From Pristiophorus japonicus (taxonomy: Eukaryota), in contig NW_027252668.1 in NCBI RefSeq assembly GCF_044704955.1, positions 5,704,001 to 5,768,000 on the forward strand: 64,000 nt of DNA. Reading direction: 5' to 3'. Numbering within the stretch: position 1 is the stretch's first letter; each line of letters begins with the position of its first letter. The notes under the pieces are model-generated. The model saw only the letters and a list, made by a program, of their open reading frames with translations. It was not told where the DNA came from and searched no databases. A program made the position numbers and the translations under genes. Of this stretch, positions 52,588 through 64,000 are shown piece after piece.

Positions 52588-54107
52588 AATAAAGCAATAA
52601 AGAAAGGAAAGATAGATTACGAAGGTAAACTTGCGCAAAACATAAAAACGGATAGTAAAAGCTTTTACAGACATATAAAACGGAAAAGAGTGACTAAAGT
52701 AAATGTTGGTCCCTAAGAAGATGAGAACGGGGATTTAATAATGGGAAATGTGGAAATGGCTGAGACCTTAAACAATTATTTTTCTTTGGTCTTCACAGTG
52801 GAAATCATGTTTAACTAATTTACTGGAATTCTTTGAGGATATAACGAGCATGGTGGATAGAGGTGTTCCGATGGATGTGGTGTATTTAGATTTTCAAAGG
52901 GCATTCGATAAGGTGCCACACAAAAGGTTACTGCAGAAGATAAGGGTACGCGGAGTCAGAGGAAATGTATTAGCATGGATAGAGAATCGGCTGGCGAACA
53001 GAAAGCAGAGAGTCGGGATAAATGGGTCCTTTTCGGGATGGAAATCGGTGGTTAGTGGTGTGCCACAGGGATCGGTGCTGGGACCACAACTGTTTACAAT
53101 ATACATAGATGACCTGGAAGAGGGGACAGAGTGTAGTGTAACAAAATTTGCAGATGACACAAAGATTAGTGGGAAAGCAGGTTGTGTGGAGGACACAGAA
53201 AGACTGCAAAAAGATTTAGATAGGTTAAGCGAATGGGCTAAGGTTTGGCAGATGGAATACAGTGTCGGAAAGTGTGAGGTCATCCACCTTGGGAAAAAAA
53301 CAGTAAAAGGGAATATTATTTGAATGGGGAGAAATTACAACATGCTGCGGTGCAGAGGGACCTGGGGGTCCTTGTGCATGAAACTCTTTTGGAGTTCCTG
53401 CATGAAACTCCAAAAAGTTAGTTTGCAGGTGCAGCAGGTAATCAGGAAGGCGAATGGAATGTTGGCTTTCATTGCGAGAGGGATGGAGTACAAAAGCAGG
53501 GAGGTCCTGCTGCAACTGTACAGAGTATTGGTGAGGCCGCACCTGGAGTACTGCGTGCAGTTTTGGTCACCTTACTTAAGGAAGGATATACTAGCTTTGG
53601 AGGGGGTACAGAGACGATTCACGAGGCTGATTCCGGAGATGAGGGGGTTACCTTATGATGATAGATTGAGTAGACTGGGTCTTTACTCGTTGGAGTTCAG
53701 AAGGATGAGGGGTGATCTTATAGAAACATTTAAAATAATGAAAGGGATAGACAAGATAGAGGCAGAGAGGTTGTTTCCACCGGTCGGGGAGATGAGAACT
53801 AGGGGGCACAACCTCAAAATACGGGGGAGTCAATTTAAAACTGAGTTGAGAAGGAATTTCTTCTCCCAGAGGGTTGTGAATCTGTGGAATTCTCTGCCCA
53901 AGGAAGCAGTTGAGGCTAGCTCATTGAATGTATTCAAATCACAGATAGATAGATTTTTAACCAATAAGGGAATTAAGGGTTACGGGGAGCGGGCGGGTAA
54001 GTGGAGCTGAGTCCACGGCCAGATCAGCCATGATCTTATTGAATGGCGGAGCAGACTTAAGGGGCTAGATGGCCTCCTCCTGTTCCTAATTCTTATGTTA
54101 TGTTATG
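52588..54107 (+). mobile_element. CR1 LINE (unit 2 only), internally deleted, same subfamily as 1-460
   Basis: DFQRAFDKVPH, SGVPQGSVLGP, FADDTK; tail TTATGTTATGTTATG; empty site at ~28400. Confidence 0.92.
53381..53410 (-). mobile_element. Tiny Tx1 3'-terminal footprint(s) in CR1
   Basis: 53381-53396 is the exact reverse complement of 3626-3641; TGCATGAA duplicated (53375-53382, 53399-53406). Confidence 0.7.
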
Positions 54108-54376
54108 AATAGTAATCTTGCTTGGACCGAGCCCTCACCCCATTTATTAGTTTAAAGTCTGGACTGAGTCCTCACCCCAGTTACTTTTTCTTCAGTCCCC
54201 TATAGATTAAACAATAGTTATCACCAAAAATGAATGAAACCTCAATTTTATGTGATAAATAAATGGATGATGAATGTGCTTTGTAAATGTTAGAGAAATG
54301 GCATTTGTTGGAAGGCACTCGTGTTCAGTTCTAAACTGCGACATGGTGACATAAACTGTGTTAAATGGAGCCTGTT

Positions 54377-54448
54377 TGTGCTGGCCGAGAATGAAACCCA
54401 AGTCAATCCCTGGGAAGACAGCTATGCTCACCACTATAGCACCATCAC
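54377..54448 (-). pseudogene. Degenerate tRNA-Gly(TCC) pseudogene
   Basis: Paralog of 28669-28740. Confidence 0.7.
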
Positions 54449-54681
54449 ACTAAGTTTAACATGTAAACCTCTGTATTGACAGACCACTCACCATGGGTCT
54501 TTAGAACTTTAGTCAGCACTAACTGCAATCATTGTAATCTGAACGTAAACAAGGTGTTCAGGTTATTTGTCTCCAGCTTAAAACAGTTACTGATGGATGG
54601 TTATCTTGTTGCACTACTGGCTGGCAGCCAGGAGATGGCACCAACCTCCAATAGTTTGGCTGTTGTGGATTGTGTGCACAC

Positions 54682-54826
54682 CCAGACCGCTGTGAGTCTG
54701 GTGCTGCCCAGGGAGCTGGCCAAGCACGCCGTGTCGGAATGGGACAAAGGCGGTGACCATTGTAAATAAATTCACAACACAGGAAAAAGCATTAAAAAAG
54801 CAACGGCTCTTTTAAGAGGAAACCAC
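54682..54826 (+). pseudogene. H2B: H2B 3'-end relic
   Basis: Paralog of 28975-29119. Confidence 0.8.
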
Positions 54827-54889
54827 AGCGTTAATTTAGTCGGTTTATTCATTCTGCTATCGTCCTTTTATAAATTAATGGTACAACAC

Positions 54890-55610
54890 AGAGTGTGAGT
54901 TTCACTCTGTATCTATCTGTCTCTGGTATGTGAGTGAGTTTCACTCTGTACCAGTTCTGGTGTGTGAGTGCGCATTTTATTATGTACCAGCTGATTTCAG
55001 CTAAGTGGGTGTATGGCTTACACTGTATCTATCAGTTTCTGTTTGCGAATGTGGGACTTAATCTACCTGTCAGTTTCTGATATGCGAATCTGTGTTTTAC
55101 TCTAACTGTCAGGTTGTGAAAAGTGAGAGTGGGTTTTACGCTGTAACTGTCAGTTTCTGGTTTGTGAATGTGGGTTCCACTCTGTACCTGTCAGTTTCTG
55201 ATGTGTGAGTGAGTTTTACTCTGCACCATTCATTTACCACTACATGAGTGTGGGTTTTCCTTTCTACCTGTCAATTTCTGCTGTGGAAGAGAGGTGTTTA
55301 CGTGAGTGTGGGTTTTAGTCTTTATCCGTCAGTCCCTGCTTTGTGAGTATTATTTTTTTTTCCAGTATCTTCTCTTTCTGGTCTGTGAATGTAGGTTTTA
55401 TGATGTACCTGTCAGTGTCTGAAATGAGAATGTGGGTTTTACTCTGTATCTGTCTGTCTCTGGAATTAAATTTGTGGGTTTTATTCTGTAATTCTCATTT
55501 TCTGGTACGCGAGTGCGGGTATTACTCTGTATCTGTCAGGCTCTGAGATGCGAGTGTGGGTATTCCTTTGTATCTGCCAGTTTCTGGTAGGAGTGGAATG
55601 TTTTACTTTA
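54890..55610. repeat. Degenerate ~41-bp satellite
   Basis: Paralog of 29185-29870. Confidence 0.75.
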
Positions 55611-56135
55611 TATGAATAGAAAACCAGAATATTGTTTAAAACCTGAGAGATTAGTAAATGTTGCAATTCAGAGAGACTTGAGTGCCATTGTACGTAAAAT
55701 ATTGAAAGTTAACATGTAGGTGCAGCAAGCACTTAGGAAGGTGAAAGATGTGGGTCTATACACTTGGAGATGAGAAGAATGAGAGGTGATCTTATTGAAA
55801 CATATAAGACCCTGAGGGGGATTGACAGGGTAGATGCTAAGAGGCTGCTTCCACTGGATGGACAGTCCAGAACTAGGAGTGTTAGACTCACAATAAGGGC
55901 TCAGCCATTTAGATCTGAGATGAGGAGAAATGTCTTCACTGAGAGGGTTGTGTATCTTTGGAATGCGCTACTCCAGAGGGATGTGGATGCTCAGGTGATG
56001 AGTGTATTCAAGACTGAGATTGACATTTTGTTTGATACTAAGGGAACCAAGGGATAGGGGGATAGTGCGGGCAACGGAGTTGAGGTAGAAGATCAGCCAT
56101 GATCTAATTCAATGGCGGAGCAGGCTCGAGGGGCA
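55610..56135 (+). mobile_element. Old CR1 3' fragment
   Basis: Paralog of 29870-30390. Confidence 0.8.
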
Positions 56136-57296
56136 AATCATAGAAATTTACAGCATGGAAGGAGGCCATTTTGGCCCATTGCGTCCGCGCCGGACGACCA
56201 AGAGCTATTCTGCCTAATCCCATTTTCCAGCTCTTGGTCCCTAGCCCTGAAGGTTACGGCACTTTAAGTGCACATCCAAGTATTAAATGTCATGAGGGTT
56301 TCTGCCTCTACCACCCTTTCGGGCAGTGTGTTCCAGACCCCCACTACCCGCTGGGTGAAGACATTTCCCCTCGTATCTCCTCTAAACCTCCCCCCAATTA
56401 CATTAAATCTATGTCCCCTGGTTGTCGACCCCTCTGCCAAGGGAAACAAGTCCTTCCTTTCCACTCTATCCAGAACCCTCATAATTTTATACACCTCAAT
56501 CAGGTCTCTCCTCAGCCTCGTCTCTCCAATCTTTCCTCATTGCCAATATTCTCCAGTCCAGGCAACATTCTTGTAAATCTCCTCTGCACCCTTTCCAGTA
56601 CCATCACACCTTACTGTAATGTGGTGACCAGAACTACACACAGTACTCCAGCTGTGGCCTAACCAGTGTTTTATACAGTTCAAGCATAACCTCCTTGTCT
56701 CTTGTATTCTATGCCTCGACTAATAAAGGCAAGTATTCCACATGCCTTCTTAACCACCTTATCTACCTGGCCTGCTACCTTCAGGGATCCGTGGACATGT
56801 ATTCCAAGGTCCCTTTGTTCCTCTACACTTTTCAGTGTTGTACCATTTAATGTGTATTCCCTTGCCTTGTTAGCCCTCCCCAAATGCATGACCTCACACC
56901 TCTCTGGATTGAATCCATTTGGCACTGTTCCACCCACCTGACCAGTACATTGATATCTTCCTGCAATCCACAGCTTTCTTCTTCATTATCAACCACACAG
57001 CCTATTTTACTGTCAGCTGTAAACTTCCTAATCATACCCACAACATTTCAGTCCAAGTCATTGTTATATACCACAAAAAGCAAGGGACCCAGCACTGAGC
57101 CCTGCGGAACCCCACTGGATACATCCTTCCAGTCACAAAAACACCTATCAACCATTACCCTTCGCTTTCTGCCTCTGAGCCAATTTTGGATCCAACTTGC
57201 CACTTTGCCCTGCATCCCATCGGCTTTTACTTTCGTGACCAGTTGGCCATGTTGGACCTTATCAAAAGCTTTGTTAAAATCCATATACACTACATC

Positions 57297-57624
57297 TGAT
57301 AGAGTATTCAAACAGGCTCATTTAGACAGGCTTTGAAAATTCACAGTCCCCCAAGTCAAAGCTACTACGTGCTGCTCAGCATGTTGCATTAACTCATCAA
57401 TCACCTTGACATTTTAGGACCTTGGGTATTGAGCCAATAAGGTCAAAGAAGGCGAGTTATTTTCTGTAAATTGATCCAGGGATAAATACAGCCATTTTGA
57501 CCATGTGGTTTCAGTAAGACAAAGGAACTGGCAATCAGCCAACAGTTTGTTGCTCTCTGCCAAGATTAAAAAGTTAAAACTACCATCAGAGTTCGTATTT
57601 CATTGGAAATTAAGAGATCGAACA
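57297..57624 (+). repeat. ERV 5' LTR
   Basis: 8 substitutions versus the 3' LTR by manual count; CCAAT, TATA-like box, ATTAAA. Confidence 0.95.
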
Positions 57625-57910
57625 ATTTTGGTGCTGCGAACAGGATCGCTGAGGAAAGAAACTGAATTTTGGACATCGGACCTACATACTGAGGTAAGGA
57701 CACCTCTTTTTTTTAAAAAAAGTCCTCGGTCAAAAGTCTAAATTCGCCTCTCCTTCTACGCGATTCTGAAAGCCTCCGGTTTGCGAACTCCCCGGTTGGT
57801 AGTCGGCTCGAGGTCCCATAGACGTCTAAACTTCGGCGGTGTGTTAGTTAATTAATCACCGACCTATTGATTGGCTGGGAAAGCTTACGGCTCGAGACCC
57901 CAGTAAAGAA

Positions 57911-59473
57911 ATGGCAGCAGGAGATAAGAGCAAAGAATTGCCTACAACTGTTAAAGGTGGGCAAGCACCATCTGAAGTTTCGCTCGATTTAATTCTCGAA
58001 CAGTTGAAAGAATACATAGAGCAACAATTCAACTTATCTAAAACCTGTATTAAGATCGAACAAAAGTACGGAACCTCCAAAGGACAATGGTCCTTGGACG
58101 AGATTAAAAGGTTCTGGGGAAAAACGACCCATATGAAAAATAAAGAGCGAAATAGATGGTCCCTAGCGGTTATGGGCCAGATTCAAAAGCGGAATGAAAT
58201 TATAATGCGTTCCCAACATGATTGAGAACTGACCAGTACAAAGGATCAATTGCAAGCAGTTCGTGCACAGCTGCGACAGAAAAAGCTTGAACTTGAAAAG
58301 CTGGAAGCGGAAGTTAAAGATCTTAAAGGTGAAATTAAAGAATGGAAAAAATCATTAGGTCAAGAGACAGTAATAGGAAAAGGAAAATGTATTGATCAAT
58401 TCCCAGGGTATCCATGTTTGGATAAATTAAAAGCGCAAACCCGAAGACACGACCGAGGAATAGATACGGATTCTGAATCCTCCGACAATACAGTGTCGGA
58501 GGATGATGAATTAGGGGTGCACTTTGCCCCGTTTAAAAAAAGACGAGTTGTAGTCAAATCAGAAGAGACTGCGGATGAGGGCGGAACCAAAAAAACAAAG
58601 AGAAGGGTGTATGCAGAATACTTAGTTCATGCTCCGGCAGACCCAGAGAAAATTGATAAATGGTCCAAGGAATTGCCCAATCCAAAGAAAGGGGGAGTAA
58701 AAACGTGGGACCAATTGGACCGCTTAAGAAATATATATCAACTTCATCCCTGGGACGGAGTGCAAATTTTGACCATAATGGTGCCAAAAACACAGGGAAG
58801 AAAATTGCACGACAAGGTAGATGAAGCTTTGGGGCAGAATGAGCAAGAATTAGACGCAGGATGGGAGGTGATTAAACACTGGCTGCAAGCCTTCAGTCCA
58901 GCTAAGACAGACTGGGGAAAAATTGCAGCCTGCCAACAGAAAGGAACAGAGGAGGTCCTGGAGTATGACGAGCAGTTTAGATGCACGTGGCTAGAACATT
59001 CGGGTATGAATAATACGGATGAGGAATTGGATGAACAAGTGTTTGGACCCCTGAAAGCAGCTTTCGTGGCAGGTCTAAAGCCAGAAGTGTCCAAAATGCT
59101 TAAGGTAGTGTTACCGGACTGGGAAGGTAGAGGAACTACCTTTGCAGCATTGGTGGATCGATGTAACCAATTAGATCGGGATATGGGAGTTAAAGTCCGA
59201 GCTGTTCAGGCTATGGGATGGAAATCCCAGGATTCCGATAAACAGTTATTAGGAAAATTACCCGGAAAATGTCATTATTGTGGGAAAGAAGGTCACTGGG
59301 CCAAGACGTGCAGGGCAAATCAGAAAGATCGTGGCTGGGGAAGAGGACGCAGCCAGGGATACAATTCAGCCAACAAGCCAGGCTTGTCACAAGATAACGA
59401 CCTCATAGAAGCATTTAAGCGACTGGCAATACAACAACAGAAGGAGTTACTTGGGATAGCAAAAAACGATTAG
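57911..59473 (+). pseudogene. gag: ERV gag, one in-frame TGA (58223-58225)
   Basis: ORFs 57911 and 58250 share a frame; MHR-like QQKGTEEVLEYDEQF; knuckle CHYCGKEGHWAKTC. Confidence 0.88.
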
Positions 59474-59870
59474 AGCCCACCCTGGCCGCCCTCCTCGCAC
59501 TAATACAACAAAGGGGAGATGGGCTATATATAACTGAGGGTGGGCGATAAGCATGTGGACTGTCTTTTAGACACAGGGGCGGAATTAACATGCTTAGCCC
59601 TACAATATGGAGACTTTTTGCCATTGGATGGTAGGGTACATACAGCCTATGGAGTTGGAGGCCATAAAATGGAAATTAAAAGGACAACACCGGTACTTTT
59701 CAGGCTGGGTCCACATGAACTAACCACGCCGGTCTGGATAGGCCCAGTAGATCAACCCCTTTTGGAAATGGACGTTCTAATCCAAGTAGATTCATCGTTG
59801 CATTTTGAGGATGGTTGGGTGACATGGTCAATTAGAACTTTGAAGAAAGAAGAATTGAAGGAACACCATG
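59467..59870 (+). pseudogene. pro: ERV protease (apparent indel near 59538)
   Basis: LLDTGA catalytic motif; GVGG flap. Confidence 0.85.
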
Positions 59871-60271
59871 GCCCCAGGCACTACCAATAGTGCTATGTAG
59901 CATTAGGGCAACCCTGAACAGAACTACAGGTCTAAGCCCATTTGAAATTATATCAGGAAGACCCATGTAGCTGCCAGGAACTATCGATTTATGGAAAGCT
60001 GATGTTCACTTAATGGGTGACACTTTGCTATTAGTTCTGTTTCCCGACAAGTATCGGCAGCTTGGGTAATCCACCCGAAGGAGGACACGACATCATCCCG
60101 GGAGTCTGGGTGTATGTGAAAAAGTTGCATAAAGAACCTTTGGGTGCCAAGTGGGAGGGACCTTATCAAGTGTTATTGACCACCCAGGCAGCTGTTAACG
60201 TCCAAGGAAAGAAAGCCTGGATCCATGCTTCACACGTTAAACGAGCACCTGTAACTAAAGCTGAAATCTAA
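59870..60271 (+). pseudogene. ERV integrase C-terminal remnant
   Basis: PGVWVYVK..LGAKWEGPYQVLLTT..WIHASHVK (GPY/F module); RT, RNase H and IN core absent. Confidence 0.8.
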
Positions 60272-60295
60272 TAAGGACAATTACTTTTTGCGAAA

Positions 60296-61649
60296 ATGTA
60301 TAAATGTACTGTATTATTGATTGTAGGTATCCTAGGCATAGGCCTACTTCTTACTAGCCGACCCTCTGCACCAAAGGGAAATAGTAGGGTAGCAAGGGAA
60401 TTACATGTAAATACCTTTTTATAATATGTCATACATTTATGCCAAACAAGGTAACATTTCTAGTTGTTGGGTGTGTTCGTATATTCCTATTCACTCAAAG
60501 GGAGGGATTCCCTTGAGGCCAGTTCCCTTGAATATCTCGGAAATGGCTGAGTGGATAATTAATCAAAATAAAACAGGCAATGCATTTCAGGATACGGAAA
60601 ACTGGGCACGTAAATGGAAGTCAGCAGGTTACAATCTGACTACCTTTGAAGGGGGATACCAACCGTGCTACAATAATTCCAAACGGCCCCCATTTTTTGT
60701 TATCACTAATACAACGGGAATAGGAAGACCGGGGGAATCGGTCTGTCTGATTAGAAACATCAAAGGAGGCCAAAATATGGGGTATAGTAACTGCTCCCGG
60801 AATTATAATAAAATCAAGCCACGGAACCGTCCAAACTGGGCCGATGTGGGAATTTTTAACGTAACGGGGATTCTGAATAAAACAGATGGAAAAGCCTGGA
60901 CAGGCCCCGGAGTGTTGCTGACAAAGAAACAGCTAACATTCATTGCCTATAATGGCACCTATTGGGTGTGTGGCCACAAGGCCTACCCTTGGCTGCCCCA
61001 GAATTGGATGGAATCCTGCTATTTAGCCTACATTGTGCCTTATATGTCTCATATAAAGTCACTGTCGGAACATTTACACCGTCCTAAGAGAGTTATCACA
61101 GAAACAGAGAGGTTCTTTGCCATTCTGATCCCCGGATATGGGACCGCCAAACTGGCAAGGGAATCCATTAACATGGCATCCATTGTGGAACGGGTAGCCA
61201 ATGATACCTCAGAGGCCCTAGTTAAAATCAATGCAGAAATGGTAGCAATCCACACAGTAGCCCTACAGAATAGACTGGCCCTTGATTACATCCTGGCTGA
61301 AAAGGGAGGTACTTGCGCCCTACTCGGAACTGAGTGTTGCACATATATTCCAGATAGCTCCGAAGAAATTACCCACTTAGCGGAGCATATCCAAAAGGAG
61401 GTAGAAAAACTTAAGCAACCTCCATCATTCACTTTGAGGAGTGGAGCCACTGAATGGCTAGGTTCAACAGGAACTTCATTGGTGGAAGGTTTAATTCTAT
61501 TTGTTGTAATTGTTTTACTTTTATATTGTTTGTTTATGTTGATTAAATGTTGTTGCGACCAGGTGGCTGTAGCTGCTGTCCCGAAGGTGAGACACCTTGC
61601 AGGTCCCAGCAGACCGTCTGTACGTGGCACAGGGGTATGTTATGCTTAA
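60296..61649 (+). pseudogene. env: ERV env, gamma-type, single +1 frameshift near 60423
   Basis: Signal peptide from ATG 60296; CWVC; RPKR furin site; LQNRLALDYILA immunosuppressive domain; CX6CC; TM anchor. Confidence 0.9.
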
Positions 61650-61924
61650 GAAAAGGTTGTTTACTGATTGAATTAAGATACTGATTTGGATTAAATTGGA
61701 ATAAGGTTAATTAACCTACTAAAACCAGACTTCCATTGTGGCCACGATGGAACTCGGGTTGATGTAAATTTGTATGGAAGCTACTAGTCCGGACATGTGG
61801 CGAAACACATCAGCAAATTTTAGAAGGAAACTCTATTAACATGTATGAAATTATTTTGTAGAATGTTTAACCAGTGATACCTGAAGTTTTATGATTCAGT
61901 TTGTGAAAGAATCAAAGGGGGGAT

Positions 61925-62252
61925 TGATAGAGTATTCAAACAGGCTCATTTAGACATGCTTTGAAAATTCACAGACCCCCAAGTCAAAGCTACTACGTGC
62001 TGCTCAGCATGTTGCATTAACTCATCAATCACCTTGACATTTTAGGACCTTGGGTATTGAGCCAATAAGGTCAAAGAAGGCGAGTTCTTTTCTGTAAATT
62101 GATCCAGGCATATATACAGCCATTTTGACCATGTGGTTTCAGTAAGACAAAGGAACTGGCAATCAGCCAGCAGTTTGTTGCTCTCTGCCAAGATTAAAAA
62201 GTTAAAACTACCATCGGAGTTCGTATTTCATTGGAAATTAAGAGATCTAACA
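61925..62252 (+). repeat. ERV 3' LTR
   Basis: Direct repeat of 57297-57624. Confidence 0.95.
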
Positions 62253-62439
62253 ACATCACATGCACTGCCCTCATCGATCCTCCTGGTTACCTCTTCAAAA
62301 AATTCAATCAAGTTAGTCAGACATGACCTTCCCTTAACAAATCCATGCTGACTGTCCTTGATTAATCCATGTCTTTCCAAATGAAGCTTTATCCTGTCCC
62401 TCAAATGGCCAACTCCTGCTCCTATTGCTTATGTTCTTA

Positions 62440-63150
62440 TATGAGTGTGAGTTCACACTGTATCTATCTGTCTCTGGTATTGAGCGGGAGTTCACTCTGT
62501 ACCTGTCTCTGGTATGTGAGTGTGAGTTCATTCAGTACCTATCTGTCTCTGGTATGTGAGTGCGAGTTCATTCTGTACCTATCTGTCTCCGGTATGTGAG
62601 TGTGAGTTTCACTCTGTATCTATGTGTCTCTGGTTTGTGAGTGTGAGTTCACACTGTATCTGTCTGTCTCTGGTATGTGCGTATATGCTTTTCTCTGTAT
62701 CTGTTATGGGAGTCTGGATTTTATTCTGTACTTGTTATGTTCTGATATGTTAGTGAGTGTCCGACCCTATAACTGCCAGTTTCTGCATAATTGGAAGTTG
62801 CTTTTGCTTTGTATCTGTCAGTTTCAGGGATGGGCAAGATGCTATAACCCTGTAACAGTCAATAACTGGTAAGTGAGGATGGTCTTTACTCTGTCAGTAT
62901 CTGTTGTGTGAGTGTGGGTTTTACTTTGTACATGTCACTTTCTGGTATGTGATTGGGTGCTTGATTCTGCAACTGTTAATTTCAAATTAGTGAGTTAGTA
63001 ATTTACACTATGTATCTTTCGCTAGAACACGGATGTGGCATTTACTCTGTATCTGTCAGTATCTAAGTGTAGGTTTTATTTTACCTGTCAGTTTCTGATA
63101 TGTGAGATTCAATTTTATTTTGTATCTGCGACTCTGGTATGGGAGTATGG
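62440..63150. repeat. 40-41-bp satellite variant (unit 2)
   Basis: Paralog of 31740-32820 with fewer 40-bp monomers. Confidence 0.8.
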
Positions 63151-63154
63151 GCGG

Positions 63155-64000
63155 AGATAAGAAATAATAAGGAAAATAAGTCACTGGTGGGAGTGATCTA
63201 TAGGCCCTCTAACACTAGCTACACTGTAGCACAGACTATAAATGAAGAAATAATGGAGGCTTGCAAGAAAGATACGGCAATAATCATGGGTGATTTTAAT
63301 CTTAATATTGATCGATAAATCAAATTGGTAAATGTAGTCCCGAGAAAGAGTTCATAGAGTGTATTCGGGATGGTTTCTTAGAACAATACGTTGTGGAACC
63401 AACCAGGGAGCAGACTATTTTAGATTTGGTAATATGTAATGAGACTGGATTAATTAATAATCTCATTGTAAAGGATCCTCTTGGGAAGAGTGATCATTGC
63501 ATGTTAGAATCTCAAATTCAGTTTGAGGGTGAGAATCTCAAACTAGTGTCCTGAACTTAAATAAAGGCAATTACAAAGGTATGAAGGCAGAGTTGGCTAA
63601 AGTGGACTGGGAAAATAGACTAAAGGGTAAGATGGTAGTTGAGCAGTGGCAAACATTTAAGGAGATATTTCATATCTGTCAACAAATATATATTCCAGTG
63701 AGAAAGAAGGACTCTTAAGAGAAGGATCAACCATCCATGGCTAACCGAGGAAGTAAAGGATGGCATCAAATTGAAAACAAAGGCATACAAATGTTGCAAA
63801 GAATAATGGAAGGTCAGAGGATTGGAAAATTTTTAGAAACCAGCAAAGGATGACTAAAATTAATAAAGTGAGAAGATAGATTACCAGAGTAAACTAGCAA
63901 GAATTATAAAAACAGACAGTAAGAGCTTCTACAGGTATAGCTACAGTAAAAGTTGGTCTCTTAGACAATGAGACTGGGCAGTTAATAATGAGAAACAGAG
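63155..64000 (+). mobile_element. Degenerate CR1 ORF2 endonuclease/linker region (runs off window)
   Basis: GVIYRPSN, IIMGDFN, EPTREQTILDL, SDH and PWLT motifs. Confidence 0.85.

Larger units (their letters stand above)
57297..62252 (+). mobile_element. Endogenous retrovirus, pol-deleted provirus (LTR-gag-pro-partial IN-env-LTR)
   Basis: 328-bp TG..CA LTRs; TSD ACATC (57292-57296, 62253-62257); PBS TGGTGCTGCGAACAGGAT (57629-57646); PPT AAAGGGGGGA before 61925. Confidence 0.96.
56136..62400 (-). mobile_element. CR1 (paralog of 30391-31700) split by ERV into 56136-57296 and 62253-62400
   Basis: The two sides join to reproduce 31541-31570. Confidence 0.88.

Overview
Eukaryotic genomic DNA, inferred to be cartilaginous fish (shark-type CR1 LINEs, a SacSINE1/DeuSINE-like SINE, vertebrate histones). 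The window holds two diverged tandem copies of a ~30-33 kb replication-dependent histone unit: unit 1 ~3701-36420, unit 2 36421-~63113. Gene order is H1(+) H4(+) H3(+) H2A(-) H2B(-). Each set is followed by a SINE, an H2A relic, a 41-bp satellite block, two tRNA-Gly-derived sequences and an H2B relic. The copies have decayed reciprocally: H1 and H2B are broken in unit 1; in unit 2 H4 is broken and the H2B TATA box is interrupted. Unit-specific insertions include many CR1s, a solo LTR, a Gypsy-gag/CR1 chimera and a pol-deleted endogenous retrovirus with a near-intact gamma-type env. The most striking signal is a Tx1-clade retrotransposon that appears to have inserted at least three times at one homologous site (TTCATGCACAAGGAC) in two separate copies of one CR1 subfamily, suggesting a LINE that site-specifically targets another LINE. 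Repeat-family names are from recognition, not database searches; repeat boundaries are approximate.
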